NCBI GenBank assembly: GCA_951406725.2 | Contig: OX597816.1 | Coordinates: forward strand, 170,004,001-170,068,000 | Reading direction: 5' to 3' | Source of the DNA: Octopus vulgaris | Lineage: Eukaryota | DNA: 64,000 nucleotides | Part shown: piece after piece, positions 52,052-64,000 of the stretch | How positions within the stretch are numbered: the first letter of the stretch is position 1 | Layout: each line of letters starts with the position of its first letter | Made by a program: the position numbers and the translations under genes | Notes under the pieces: generated by a model | Told to the model about the DNA's origin: nothing | Database searches by the model: none | The model's input: the letters and a program-made list of their open reading frames with translations, nothing else

Positions 52052-52728
52052 ATCTTAAACTTAGACCGATAATAGCAGGCCCAGCATGCAAAACTCACCG
52101 CCTCAGCAACTTCTTAGACACACTTCTGAAACCTTTCCTTAAGCACATCAAAAGCTACATAAGATGCGATCTAGACATGTTTAACCACCTCCCAAAAACA
52201 GTCAATGAGAAAGCCCTGCTAGTATCCTTCGATGTAGTTAACCTTTATTCCAACATCCCCCACACACTAGGAATAGAAGCGATGACTTTCTGGCTAAACA
52301 ACTACTCCTTTGAACTTGCAACTCGCATAAATAAATAACTCATAATAGAAGGACTGAGATTTATCTTAGAAAATATTATTTTTAATAATGACTACTACAG
52401 ACAAATACCGTGTACGCTACAGCCATGGGTACACGTACTGCACCTTCTTTTGCCAACCTAGTAATGGGCTACCTCGAAATAATACTTTACCAGAAAACAC
52501 TCGAGAAATATGGAAACTCTTTTTCCACCTATATCCAGAACAACTGGAAAAATTATCTCGACGAATGCTTCATCCTCTGGAATCAAAATATAGAAAATCT
52601 TGAGGAATTTAAAATACTACTAAATGGAATTAATGAAAACATCCAATTCATGATAGAACACAGCCACGAAAAACTACTATTTCCAGATATCCTCATTAAG
52701 AAAGTGGTCAATAAAATAGAGACGGATA
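52047..52728 (+). mobile_element. Penelope-like reverse transcriptase fragment
   Basis: LRPIIAGP...LVSFDVVNLYSNIPH...TAMGTRTAPSFANLVMGYLE...WKNYLDECF. Confidence 0.9.
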
Positions 52729-53140
52729 GCTATTATATCCATGTATATTGTATGTATCTATGAATTTACAAAAGTATGTATGAGGCGTTGCGTGTATATG
52801 ACAGCTGTATTAACGGTATATCCCATTGCTACTCCATATTTGTTGCTTACACAACGCTGTCCTACCTTTCCCTGATATCAGTCACACTCACGTCTTCTAT
52901 TACATTTCACTAAGACTAATACTCTTCGTACCCTTTTCCTTTTATCATATAATACCCCCAACTCCCCTAGGGGGCGCATTATCGAGTTTTATTGAAATCT
53001 AAGTAGCCTGTTATTGAACTGGATTTTAGTTTCACTTGTATGCAAAGTTTCATGAAGATTTGTCTGCTGGTTGAGACAGTAAGATGGTAACAAACAGACA
53101 TAAAATGCCATTTTTATATAAGATTATGTATATATATTAC

Positions 53141-53478
53141 AGGCGCAGGCGTGACTACTTGGTAAGTAGCATTGTGTGGTAAGGTTCAATTCTACTGCGG
53201 GGCACATCGGGCCGATCAGAGCCTTGTAAGGGGATTTGGTAGACGGAAACTGAAAGAATCCCGTCGTATATATATATATGTTTTTGTGTGTTTGTGTCTG
53301 TGTTTCTCCCCCTCCCCACTATCTCTTGACAACCGATGTTGGTGTGTTTACGTCCCCGTAACTTAGCAGTTCGAGAAAAGAAACCGATAGAATAAGCTCT
53401 GGGGTTGATTTATTCAACAAAAAAGGTGGTGCTCCAGCATGGCCACCGTCAAAATGACTGAAACATGCAAAAAAGTAA
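53141..53478 (+). mobile_element. Diverged SINE family A
   Basis: aggcgcaggc head, gatttggtagacggaaactgaaag, gctccagcatggcc...gactgaaac. Confidence 0.85.
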
Positions 53479-54056
53479 AATAATTGAATGTATATATGTA
53501 TAAAAATATTTAGATATATTTACATATGTATGCATATAAGCATGTATACATATATGCTGAAATGCATATACACATGCATAAAGACACACACACTATATAC
53601 ACACACACACAAATTTAAGTTAACTTGATTCTGAGCATAACCACTTATCAGAGAGGTTCTCCTGTAGTAGATTTGATAGGTACTCGACTCAACATCTGGA
53701 ACTTGACCAAAAGGGAATTTTGAACTCGGTCACCTTTGGAGGAAATGTGAGAAGTTCTCCGGTGATACTACTGAAGTTGTACTCATATGATTATCTCGTA
53801 TAATGAGGTTATTTTATGAGTTTACAACGAAATTTGCACAGTTTGCCGCTTTCGGATATTAAGATTCAAAATTTCATGACCGATTCATCACCATCCATTC
53901 CAATTTCCAATTAGTAGCGTTGATAGATTCAAGGATTTATGTTAGTCTCTTGTAGCGTGAGAAAATATGTCATTCTGTTTTCTTCAGGTCATGTAGAGGA
54001 CGCTTTCCGAGAACTAGCTTAACACACACTCACACACACACTCACACACACTCACT

Positions 54057-54127
<71 letters not shown>

Positions 54128-54310
54128 CATATATATTTATGCAAGCATATTTTATATATATCGTATATGCATACACATATAGACATATACCAAAGCAATG
54201 AATTAATTAACACAGTTTGTAATTAAACATTTCTTCTTTTCTAACTCAGAAGGTTTGTTTACTATATTTTCATCACAATGCAGTGCCACAACGTGCTCAC
54301 TCTGCCTCTT

Positions 54311-54376
<66 letters not shown>

Positions 54377-54382
54377 TGCATG

Positions 54383-54451
<69 letters not shown>

Positions 54452-54502
54452 CTTAGATACGTACATACGTACACTTATAACTATATATATATATAAATGT
54501 AT

Positions 54503-54884
54503 TACTCTCTTTTACTTTCAGTCATTTGACTGCGGCCATGCTGGAGCACCGCCTTTAGTCGAGCAACTCGACTCCGGGACTTATTATTTGTAAACCCAGT
54601 ACTTATTCTATCGGTCTCTTTTGCCGAACCGCTAGGTGACGGGGACATAAACACACCAGCATCGGTTGTCAAGCAATGCTAGGGGGACAAACACAGACAC
54701 ACAAACACACACGCACACACATATATATATACATATATACGACGAGCTTCTTTCAGTTTCCGTCTACCAAATCCACTACCGAGGCTATAGTAGAAGACAG
54801 TTGCCCAAGATGCCACGCAGTGGGACTGAACCCGGAACCATGTGGTTGGTAAGCAAGCTACTTACCACACAGCCACTCCTGCGC

Positions 54885-54885
<1 letters not shown>
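54503..54885 (-). mobile_element. SINE family A
   Basis: Homologous copy with a small internal deletion. Confidence 0.92.
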
Positions 54886-54915
<30 letters not shown>

Positions 54916-54916
54916 A

Positions 54917-55792
<876 letters not shown>

Positions 55793-56092
55793 TACTTTAT
55801 GCAAACTACTTATAGTTGACAGATGTGCTTTTAGATAGTAGAAATTTGCAAAGTTACATTTTTTATGACGTCTGTGGTCATGAAATTTGCCATACATTGT
55901 TGCTTTTATTTAGAAACAAAGAAAGCAAACATATTTAATATCCACATGTTTAGCAATAGATATTAAAGTTTTATTGAGGAAAATTAATTCATGTAGATTA
56001 ATGGTTTTAATGCGTAGTGTATTTTGAAACAGATATCTGAGAAAATATAACACGTCAGAACAAAAAATATATTTTAGGTTCTATCGTATATG

Positions 56093-56319
56093 TTACTCTT
56101 TTACACTTTTACTCGTTTCAGTCATTTTGACTGCGGCCATGCTGGAGCGCCGCCTTTGGTCGAGCAAATCGACTCCGGGACTTATTATTTGTAAGCTCAG
56201 TACTTATTCTATCGGTCTCTTTTGCCGAACCGCTAGGTGACGGGGACGTAAACACACCAGCATCGGTTGTCAAGCAATGCTAGGGGGACAAACACAGACA
56301 CACAAGCGCACACACACTC

Positions 56320-56360
<41 letters not shown>

Positions 56361-56525
56361 TACGACAGGCTTCTTTCAGTTTCCGTCTACCAAATCCACT
56401 CACAAGGCATTGGTCGGCCCGGGGCTATAGCAGAAGACACTTGCCCAAGATGCCACGCAATGGGACTGAACCCGCAACCATGTGGTTTGTTAGCAAGCTA
56501 CTTACCACACAGCCACTCCTGCGCC
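56093..56525 (-). mobile_element. SINE family A
   Basis: Homologous copy. Confidence 0.92.
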
Positions 56526-56682
56526 TATCGTATATTCTATCGTATAAAATATTCTATCGTATATTTTATCTATTTTTTTGTGCATTTTTACGAAGCTCAA
56601 TTAGAACCATCTTCTGAATTGTTTAAATATAATTCTGAGTGAATGAACCTTCCCTAATATGCTAAGAATTGGCGCCAACACG

Positions 56683-57616
56683 CTGAGATGGATCTACCAT
56701 AAAACTAATGAAGCTTAAGACTTAGGGCCCCTAAACTAGGAGGTGGCTCACTAAAGCAACATAATTTTTACATTCTGTCAATTTTTTGTTTTTGTAATTT
56801 GCCATGCATATTCTGCTACCAATCTTAGTGAACGTCATATCATACTCCTACGCAGAGTCTAGAAATGCAGTGTCTAACCACGAGTTGTTCGTGTGTCGTT
56901 TCTGCCGGTAGCATAAAAAATAAATGTACAAACGACTCGTAGATAATTCGCTTTACTTGAATTACTTTGGAAACTTTAGCCTCCCCCATCATAAAATATG
57001 TCTACTACTACATCAGCACGGTAGAGATAAGAATTCTTAATTCACACCATTATTTAGTGATCAATAAAAGGGTCTGCCTTCTAATTTTGGACTTACACTC
57101 TGTTCTGTAACAAAGTATTTTTCTACATTAAAACTTGTTTGAATATCCCTTTGTGCATATTGTCTCTAGAAAATGACATTGCAAGGAAGCTGTCATATAA
57201 CAAAACTGTTGATATAAAAAACAGAAAAAATGAATATTTTGTAATTTTGATATGTATCATAATGATGCACCATGCATGTATATAACGCTTCCTTAATTTT
57301 CAACCTCCATTGCTCTAAAAGTGTAAGGCATAACCGGAAAAATATTTGTAGTGATCTGTCATAGAATAACCACATCGACAAAGATATCGGTGATTAACGA
57401 CACCTCGTTTATGGTGGAAAGAGGGCTCACTTTCAGACTCAGTTTTAAGGATTACACATCATAACTCTACCATTTACGCTTTCAGGGCCTCAATCTGGTG
57501 TTCCTTGCAAGGACACGAAAATTCTTTGACTATTGTTACCCTACTGCTACTAGTTGTAAAAGGAGCTCGCATAATATTTTAAGCTTCAGGGCCCCAATAT
57601 TGTAGATCTGCCACTG
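56683..57616. mobile_element. Non-autonomous hAT-type DNA transposon
   Basis: Imperfect TIRs ctgagatggatctac / gtagatctgccactg, 8-bp TSD ccaacacg / ccaacagg, subterminal agctt..agggcccc motifs near both ends. Confidence 0.7.
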
Positions 57617-57689
57617 CCAACAGGGGTGACACCTAAAGATAGTAGGGGAACTAAGAAACGTGAATTCTGCAAGTTCAGAATTAATCTCT

Positions 57690-57790
57690 TGTCTTCATTA
57701 CCAGCAAACAACCAGTGCCCGCCTTGCAGTAGAGCTTTCCGAGCACGCATTGGACCGATTGGCCATAGGCGGAAACACCGTGTCCCGTCG
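57690..57790 (+). mobile_element. Extreme 3' end of an RTE-like LINE ORF
   Basis: CPPCSRAFRARIGPIGHRRKH matches the RTE terminal zinc-finger motif. Confidence 0.6.
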
Positions 57791-57804
57791 TGTATGTGTG
57801 GTTA

Positions 57805-57861
<57 letters not shown>

Positions 57862-57951
57862 TGTGTGTGTGAATAGAAATAACAATGTTTATATATATAT
57901 ATATGATGGTACTCCAACGGTTACGACGACGAGGGTTCCAGCTGCTCCGAT

Positions 57952-57992
<41 letters not shown>

Positions 57993-59354
57993 AAGATTGA
58001 GAGAGAGAGGAAGGAAAGAGAAAGGTCGTCAGAGAAATGTGGGATAAAGATATATTAAAGATATATCTTATATTAACTCTTAAAATGTCCTATGTTACTT
58101 GACATTGGTCATTATTGGGACAATTATCATGCGAGAGATTATTTGGTAAAATCTATCAAAGGTAACAATATTATTATCTTTCCTCCTTTTAATACTCGAA
58201 CATCAACATATATTATTAGTTCGTTCGTCGTAGTCGAAGATAACAACGATGGTACTCTAAAGTATAGATTATTTACCAACATAACGTCGCAGTCCCGGTT
58301 GAGACGAATGTTATTGTTATTTAACCTCATTATGTTGGCAAATTATCTTTACCCTACACACACATACAATAAGAAACGCGGTGTTCAGAAACTTCCGAAT
58401 ACATATAGCTTCCGAAGTTCCAGTACTTTTACCTGCGTATTGGAAAGGCACTCTCTTTCGTCTACTATGTACAGGAAGAAATTTAATGAACACCCTGTGT
58501 AATTAGCATACTCTATCACACGTAGTCTTGGTGAGAATATGACTGCTATCTCCAATAAAATATTCATTCATAATTGTATAATTGTACGACATTCTAATAA
58601 GTTGAAGATCTGATCCTAGCTCTTATGTTAATATTATATCTTTATCCCACATAAATAATAGTATTAGCTCTGTGTCACATGTTAGCTATAACTTTAATAT
58701 TGCTACAATAATGTTTCACTATCTAATAAATGTAATAACGTGTTACTATAGGAATTAATACAATTGCCCTTTAAAAGCAAGTGATACCGAGCAAATTTAG
58801 TGTATAAATATTTTGGTAAAATATATGATATTGGAATATAAATATCATTATGGTTTTCTTTTAGTTGATGCTTTTGACTTCTGCGATCCACCAATTAATG
58901 GCTTTGTTCTTATACATTTTGTATATGACTTCTATAAGTTTGACTGTAAGATCAAACATTGGTATAGATACCTACAAATAAATATATATAAACTTACATG
59001 TGTTTTTATATATATATAAACCTACATGCGTTTGTATGTACACACATACAAACACGCTCACACAAACATATGAATATGTAGAATACATATATGCAAACAT
59101 TCACAGATACACACACACAATATGTATATATGCATACATACACACGCATCCATCCATCCATCCATCCATCCATCCATCCATACATACATCCATACATACA
59201 TACATACATATGTACATACATACATGTGTACATATGCGCAATGACGCACACACATGTGCACAAACGAGCAAACAAACAAAACAAACGAAAAGAACGCAGC
59301 TCCGATAACGGACAGAGTTTGCAAGAGGTTGCAAGAAGCAACGAAATGCCCGTC

Positions 59355-59411
<57 letters not shown>

Positions 59412-59603
59412 GTGTTTGTGTGTGTGTGTGTGGTTGTATATATATATATATATGTATATATGTATATATATGTAAGAGTAAAAAAATATACAAACTGGGA
59501 CAAGAACGTGAAACATTTAGAAGACGACACAAAAAACACGGACGGGACATTCGAAGCCTTCAATCTTCAGTCAAGAACCGTATCATCTTCGCAATTTCGG
59601 CTG

Positions 59604-59679
<76 letters not shown>

Positions 59680-59694
59680 TAAATAGATAGTTAT

Positions 59695-59761
<67 letters not shown>

Positions 59762-59764
59762 TGA

Positions 59765-59935
59765 ATGTGTCTGTGTTCCCCCATCACCGCTTGACAACTA
59801 GTGTTCTTGTTTACGTCCGCATTATCTAGTGGTTCAGCAACTGCAAGTACTGAAGTTGATTCATTCGACTAAGTATTCAAGGCGTTGCCCAGCATATCCT
59901 CAGTCTAATGACGGAAACAAGTAAAAAACAAAGGA
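59765..59935 (+). mobile_element. Diverged 3' half of a SINE family A relative
   Basis: cgcttgacaac...gtttacgtcc...ccagcat...cagtctaatgac.gaaacaagtaaaa. Confidence 0.65.
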
Positions 59936-60427
59936 TAAAATATAGTACTTTCATACGTAATGCAACCATCAGGTTTATACAGAGAGAGTCGTGTACCACA
60001 ATTGACAATTGTTGTGAAATTGTTAGATTTATTCTTAAAATACCCTCCGATGGGCTACAGTACGCTGAATCTTACGAACTGTATTTTGACCACTCAGTAT
60101 GTGGCTTAAATGTCACGATTTGTCGAGTGCGCCAAGTTCTAACCCTATTTCAACCAATCAGTATGTGCTTTAGACGTCATGGTTTGGTGGTTACGTCAAG
60201 GATTCTTTAATTTGACCGCTCCTAAAGGAATAATTGTTTGGATGTATTTGGGAATGTTGTAAACAACATTCCTGTTTTCATTGAATATTATTATTACGAT
60301 TCCAAAACCTTTTACATTTCAATCGACTCAATGTTCATATGGCCAACATTACTACCATCCTCGCCATCACGTTCATTGTTGTCGTTATTTGTGGTGGCAT
60401 TAGTAGCAATAGTAATAGCAGTAATAC

Positions 60428-60494
<67 letters not shown>

Positions 60495-60661
60495 TATTAT
60501 TATTATCATCATCATCATCATCATCATCATTATAGATAACACCACTGATAATTATAATGATGATGGTAATAATGATAATAATAGCAACAACAGCAACAAC
60601 TACAACAAGAACAAGAACAAGAGCAACAACAACAACAACAACAACAGTAATAATAATAATG

Positions 60662-60716
<55 letters not shown>
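60428..60716. repeat. (TTA)n(TCA)n followed by (CAA)n(TAA)n compound microsatellite
   Basis: Direct reading. Confidence 0.95.
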
Positions 60717-60717
<1 letters not shown>

Positions 60718-61265
60718 CGCCCTGATGCAGTACCAGGTAGTGGCTCTCGAGGCTCTTCTGATCTTAACTGATTAGAAGTGTTATCATGTACATTGTTTTG
60801 TCTTGGTATAAAGGATGGGCTACAGTAAATATTCTGATCAATACCACTGATTTGCTCGTCAGTTGTTTGACCTTAAGCAGTTGAGCATGTCCCTTGGTGG
60901 TTGACGATATGTGCATATCTGATCACGAGCAGAAGTAGTGGGGGAGCATCATAGGCATGTGTTGAGAGGGACTCCTTGGGGTTTGAATAATTCACCTCTA
61001 GAAACATGGGTGTTTCGCCCAACATCCTTAAACAACCCTTATTCAGGGACCTTTTCAATGGGATGGGTTACTCGACCAGAATAAAATTCTAACTGGGCCC
61101 CACCTCCAAGGTCATGCGCTGTTTGTCTTAATATGAGATCACCATGTCGTGCACATATGGTTGTGATGCATGTGCCTGGTGTACCCTTATCAGACGGGTT
61201 GTCATGATGGGTATACTGGGCTTCATATATATGTAACTTTGATTGCATGCACTGCTCTCTCACTT
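60717..61265 (+). mobile_element. ~550-bp insert flanked by (TAA)n on both sides, likely non-coding retroposed element
   Basis: GC-richer block bounded by TAA repeats; no RT or endonuclease ORF found. Confidence 0.5.
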
Positions 61266-61279
61266 AATAATAATAATAA

Positions 61280-62130
61280 TGGATAGGCTATAAAAAAGCT
61301 AGATTAAGAAATGTCTGGAACTGTAGGTATAACAAACATAATTGTATTAGTAACATAAACATAAGAAATATTAATAATGGGAAAAAGTCTGGTTGATTGG
61401 TCTTTATGAGGCCCAGGTTAAAAATAACATTATTAAAAAATCATAGAAATAATTAAATAATTTATTATAGGTAACAACAAATATAACATTTTTTCTAAAA
61501 ATAATATAGGAGTAGGGTATTCGACTACTAGTGATGTAGGTAATATCTTCCCATCTTTAAATAAATATAAGCTGAACAAATTTTGTTTTAATAAATTAAA
61601 TAATAACCCCAATAATAATTATAATAATTATAATAAATTGCAATTGCAGACATAAAATTAATTGTAATTTTAATAATAAATGTAATTTGGGAGAAGTTGT
61701 ATATAAATACGTGGTGTCTCTTAATGAAGATAATAGTAGTAGTAGGGGTAGTAGTGATAATACTAATAATAGTGAAAATTCAAATATGCCTTACATTGGA
61801 TCCACGGCTAATAAAATTAAACAAAGAGTGGCGCAGCATCTGTACTCCTTTAAGAATAAAAATTGATGAACTCGACAGGCCTAAGTAAATTTATGAACTC
61901 GACAGGCCTAAGTAAATATATACAGGAATTAAAATCTAAAGCAATTAAGTAAAATTTACATTGGGAGTGTGTAAAACTAACTCATACAGAATAGGTATTC
62001 TATCTTCTATGTACACATGAATTTATGGAAATATTAAAAACTAAAACAATATCGTTTAACGCCTAGGATGAACGAAAAATTGAATGTAAACATAAGCTGA
62101 ATTGCTTATTTAATAAGATGAGATAAGATT
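61280..62130 (+). mobile_element. Decayed Penelope-like GIY-YIG endonuclease region
   Basis: GEVVYKYVVS...PYIGSTANKIKQRVAQHLYSFKNK...STGLSKYIQELK; ~27-bp tandem duplication at ~61867-61917. Confidence 0.75.
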
Positions 62131-63492
62131 AGTTTCTTTAGAAAATAAATAAAACCCTAATTTTAAATCAATAAAATGGTTGAGAATAATTTTTAGATAT
62201 AATGTATAATCATACTTTATTATTTTAGTATAACTAGAATTTATTAATTTATATATGTGTAAGATAACATAGATATTTTAGTTTTATGTCTTAATCGAAT
62301 ATGCAGCAGAATTTTATATTATATTATTAAATTCTTAATATCAAATTAGTAACTCAATTTGAAGAGTAACGTTAATTTTAATAATAATAGTTAATCAATA
62401 GATATTAAATATTATTATAATTATAAAAATTATAAAAAATTAGCCTTTTACTTATTCAAAAATATTTCCATCGGTTAAGTTATTTGGAGTACTTGTTTGC
62501 CAATCTGTATGTTTGGTTGTTTGTTGATGTTGGCACATAAAAAAAATTAACCACGTAAAAAGTTAGACTATTCCCATCATATATTTATTTCCGGCTTCTA
62601 GTTTTTTTTTTTTACCACTTACTTCCCTTACACGGTAAATATATAAAATAGCAAATATATTTTAAGAACTCTTAAATGTTAATAAGGATTATCTCCCCAA
62701 CACTGGAGCTCTCAAGGTTGGATATACGTTCTTCATTTGGAAGCAATGATTAATTCGCGACAAGGAAATTACCAAAAAGATGAGTTAACATTCATTTTTC
62801 TTATTTTTATTACTTTTTATCCCTCATTTTTGTTTCTAATATCGTAATAAAAAATTATTTCGACGATTTCTAGTTCTATAATTTCTTTATATTGGATGTA
62901 AATAGTAAAATAGTTTTACATAATACAGAGATGAAGATTGACAGTTTAGTCGGATTGATATGGTATTGAATTTCGAGAACTTCTATTTCAGCAATACCGA
63001 TAGATATTGTCATGAAACGCGCGTAGTGTATATAATTTAATATAGGATTCAGAATAAGAATTGTAGATATTAATTTAATCTTGTATATCTCTATCATAGA
63101 TAATGTCGTTCAATGTCCATTGAGTTGCTTGAAGGTGGTTCTGTCTCTTAAAACTATATATTTATATGTATATAATACAGCGAGTAATTCATTTTAGTAC
63201 CACTAAATTGAATTTCTCTCCCCTGTGGACTCGGAAATAACTTCCCTAACATTAATATTAATATATATATAAGTATTCGAGTAATGGCGCTAAGCACTTT
63301 TTACGTATAATCACAATGTAGGTTAGTTGAAATATGTTTGTCACATATATGTATATACGCATGTATATATGTGTATATATTATTGCACAGATATATGTAT
63401 TATGCATGTATATATATGTATATATATATATACATATATATATACATAGATACATATATATAAATACTCATATATATATATACATATATGTA

Positions 63493-63714
63493 TCTCTCTC
63501 TTACTCTTTTACTTGTTTCAGTCATTTGACTGCGGCCACGCTGGAGCACCACCTTTAGTCGAGCAAATCGACCCCGGGACTTATTCTTTGTAAGCCCAGT
63601 ACTTATTCTATCGATCTCTTTTGCCGAACCGCTAAGTTACCGGGACGTAAACGCACCAGCATCGGTTGTCAAGCAATGCTAGTGGCACAAACACAGACAC
63701 ACAAACATACACAA

Positions 63715-63801
<87 letters not shown>

Positions 63802-63963
63802 TACGACAGGCTTCTTTCAGTTTCCCTCTACCAAATCCACTCACAAGGCATTAGTCGGCCCGGGGCTATAGCAGAAGACACTTGCCCAAGATGCTACGCA
63901 GTGGGACTGAACCCGGAACCATGTGGTTGGTTTGCAAGCTATTTACCACACAGCCACTCCTGC
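63493..63963 (-). mobile_element. SINE family A with expanded internal (TA)n
   Basis: Homologous copy. Confidence 0.92.
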
Positions 63964-64000
63964 TTCCTTATAAAGTATGTTTTTAAGTATACTTCACAAT

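Noticed and set aside
57626-58000. C2H2-like peptide as a host zinc-finger exon
   Set aside because: Single finger matching the RTE LINE terminal motif, followed by (GT)n; no linker or tandem fingers.
58092-58502. 136-aa non-repetitive ORF
   Set aside because: No recognisable domain; its end overlaps a mariner-TIR-like sequence (aatgaacaccctgt); probably a chance ORF.
59305-59355. GTTGC-aagaa-GCAAC-GAAA hammerhead-like stem
   Set aside because: No CUGANGA core; at best a decayed relative of 9590-9630.
59545-59605. Minus-strand CTGAAGA...GAAT motif in a TA-flanked module
   Set aside because: GAAA is not intact and stems do not close convincingly.

Overview
AT-rich, repeat-saturated eukaryotic DNA that looks intergenic or intronic. 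I can support no intact host protein-coding exon, rRNA, true tRNA or CRISPR array; nearly all listed ORFs are microsatellite translations or decayed transposon fragments. The repeat mix (tRNA-derived SINEs with internal (CA/TA)n, TAA-associated R4/Dong-like LINEs, Penelope-like elements, dense (TA)n, (TATC)n, (TATG)n) resembles a coleoid cephalopod, probably Octopus (inference from recognition, not a search). Main contents: a head-to-tail array of restriction-like-endonuclease LINEs separated by (TAA)n (~1.9-8.3 kb) with a nested Hero-like 3' end; several Penelope-like RT/GIY-YIG remnants; RTE and Tx1/L1 remnants; two mariner remnants; a hAT-type element with an 8-bp TSD; a Helitron; and about 20 SINE copies of four types. 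The most interesting signal is a set of short (TA)n-embedded Penelope terminal-repeat (pLTR) modules carrying minimal hammerhead ribozymes with a palindromic stem III. They recur as fold-back inverted pairs (17.06-18.26 kb, 44.5-45.2 kb, 47.5-47.77 kb, 54.9-55.35 kb), with a related opposed arrangement at 51.4-51.9 kb. Several local inverted or direct duplications of 100-200 bp are also present. Coordinates were read by eye and may be off by a few bases.
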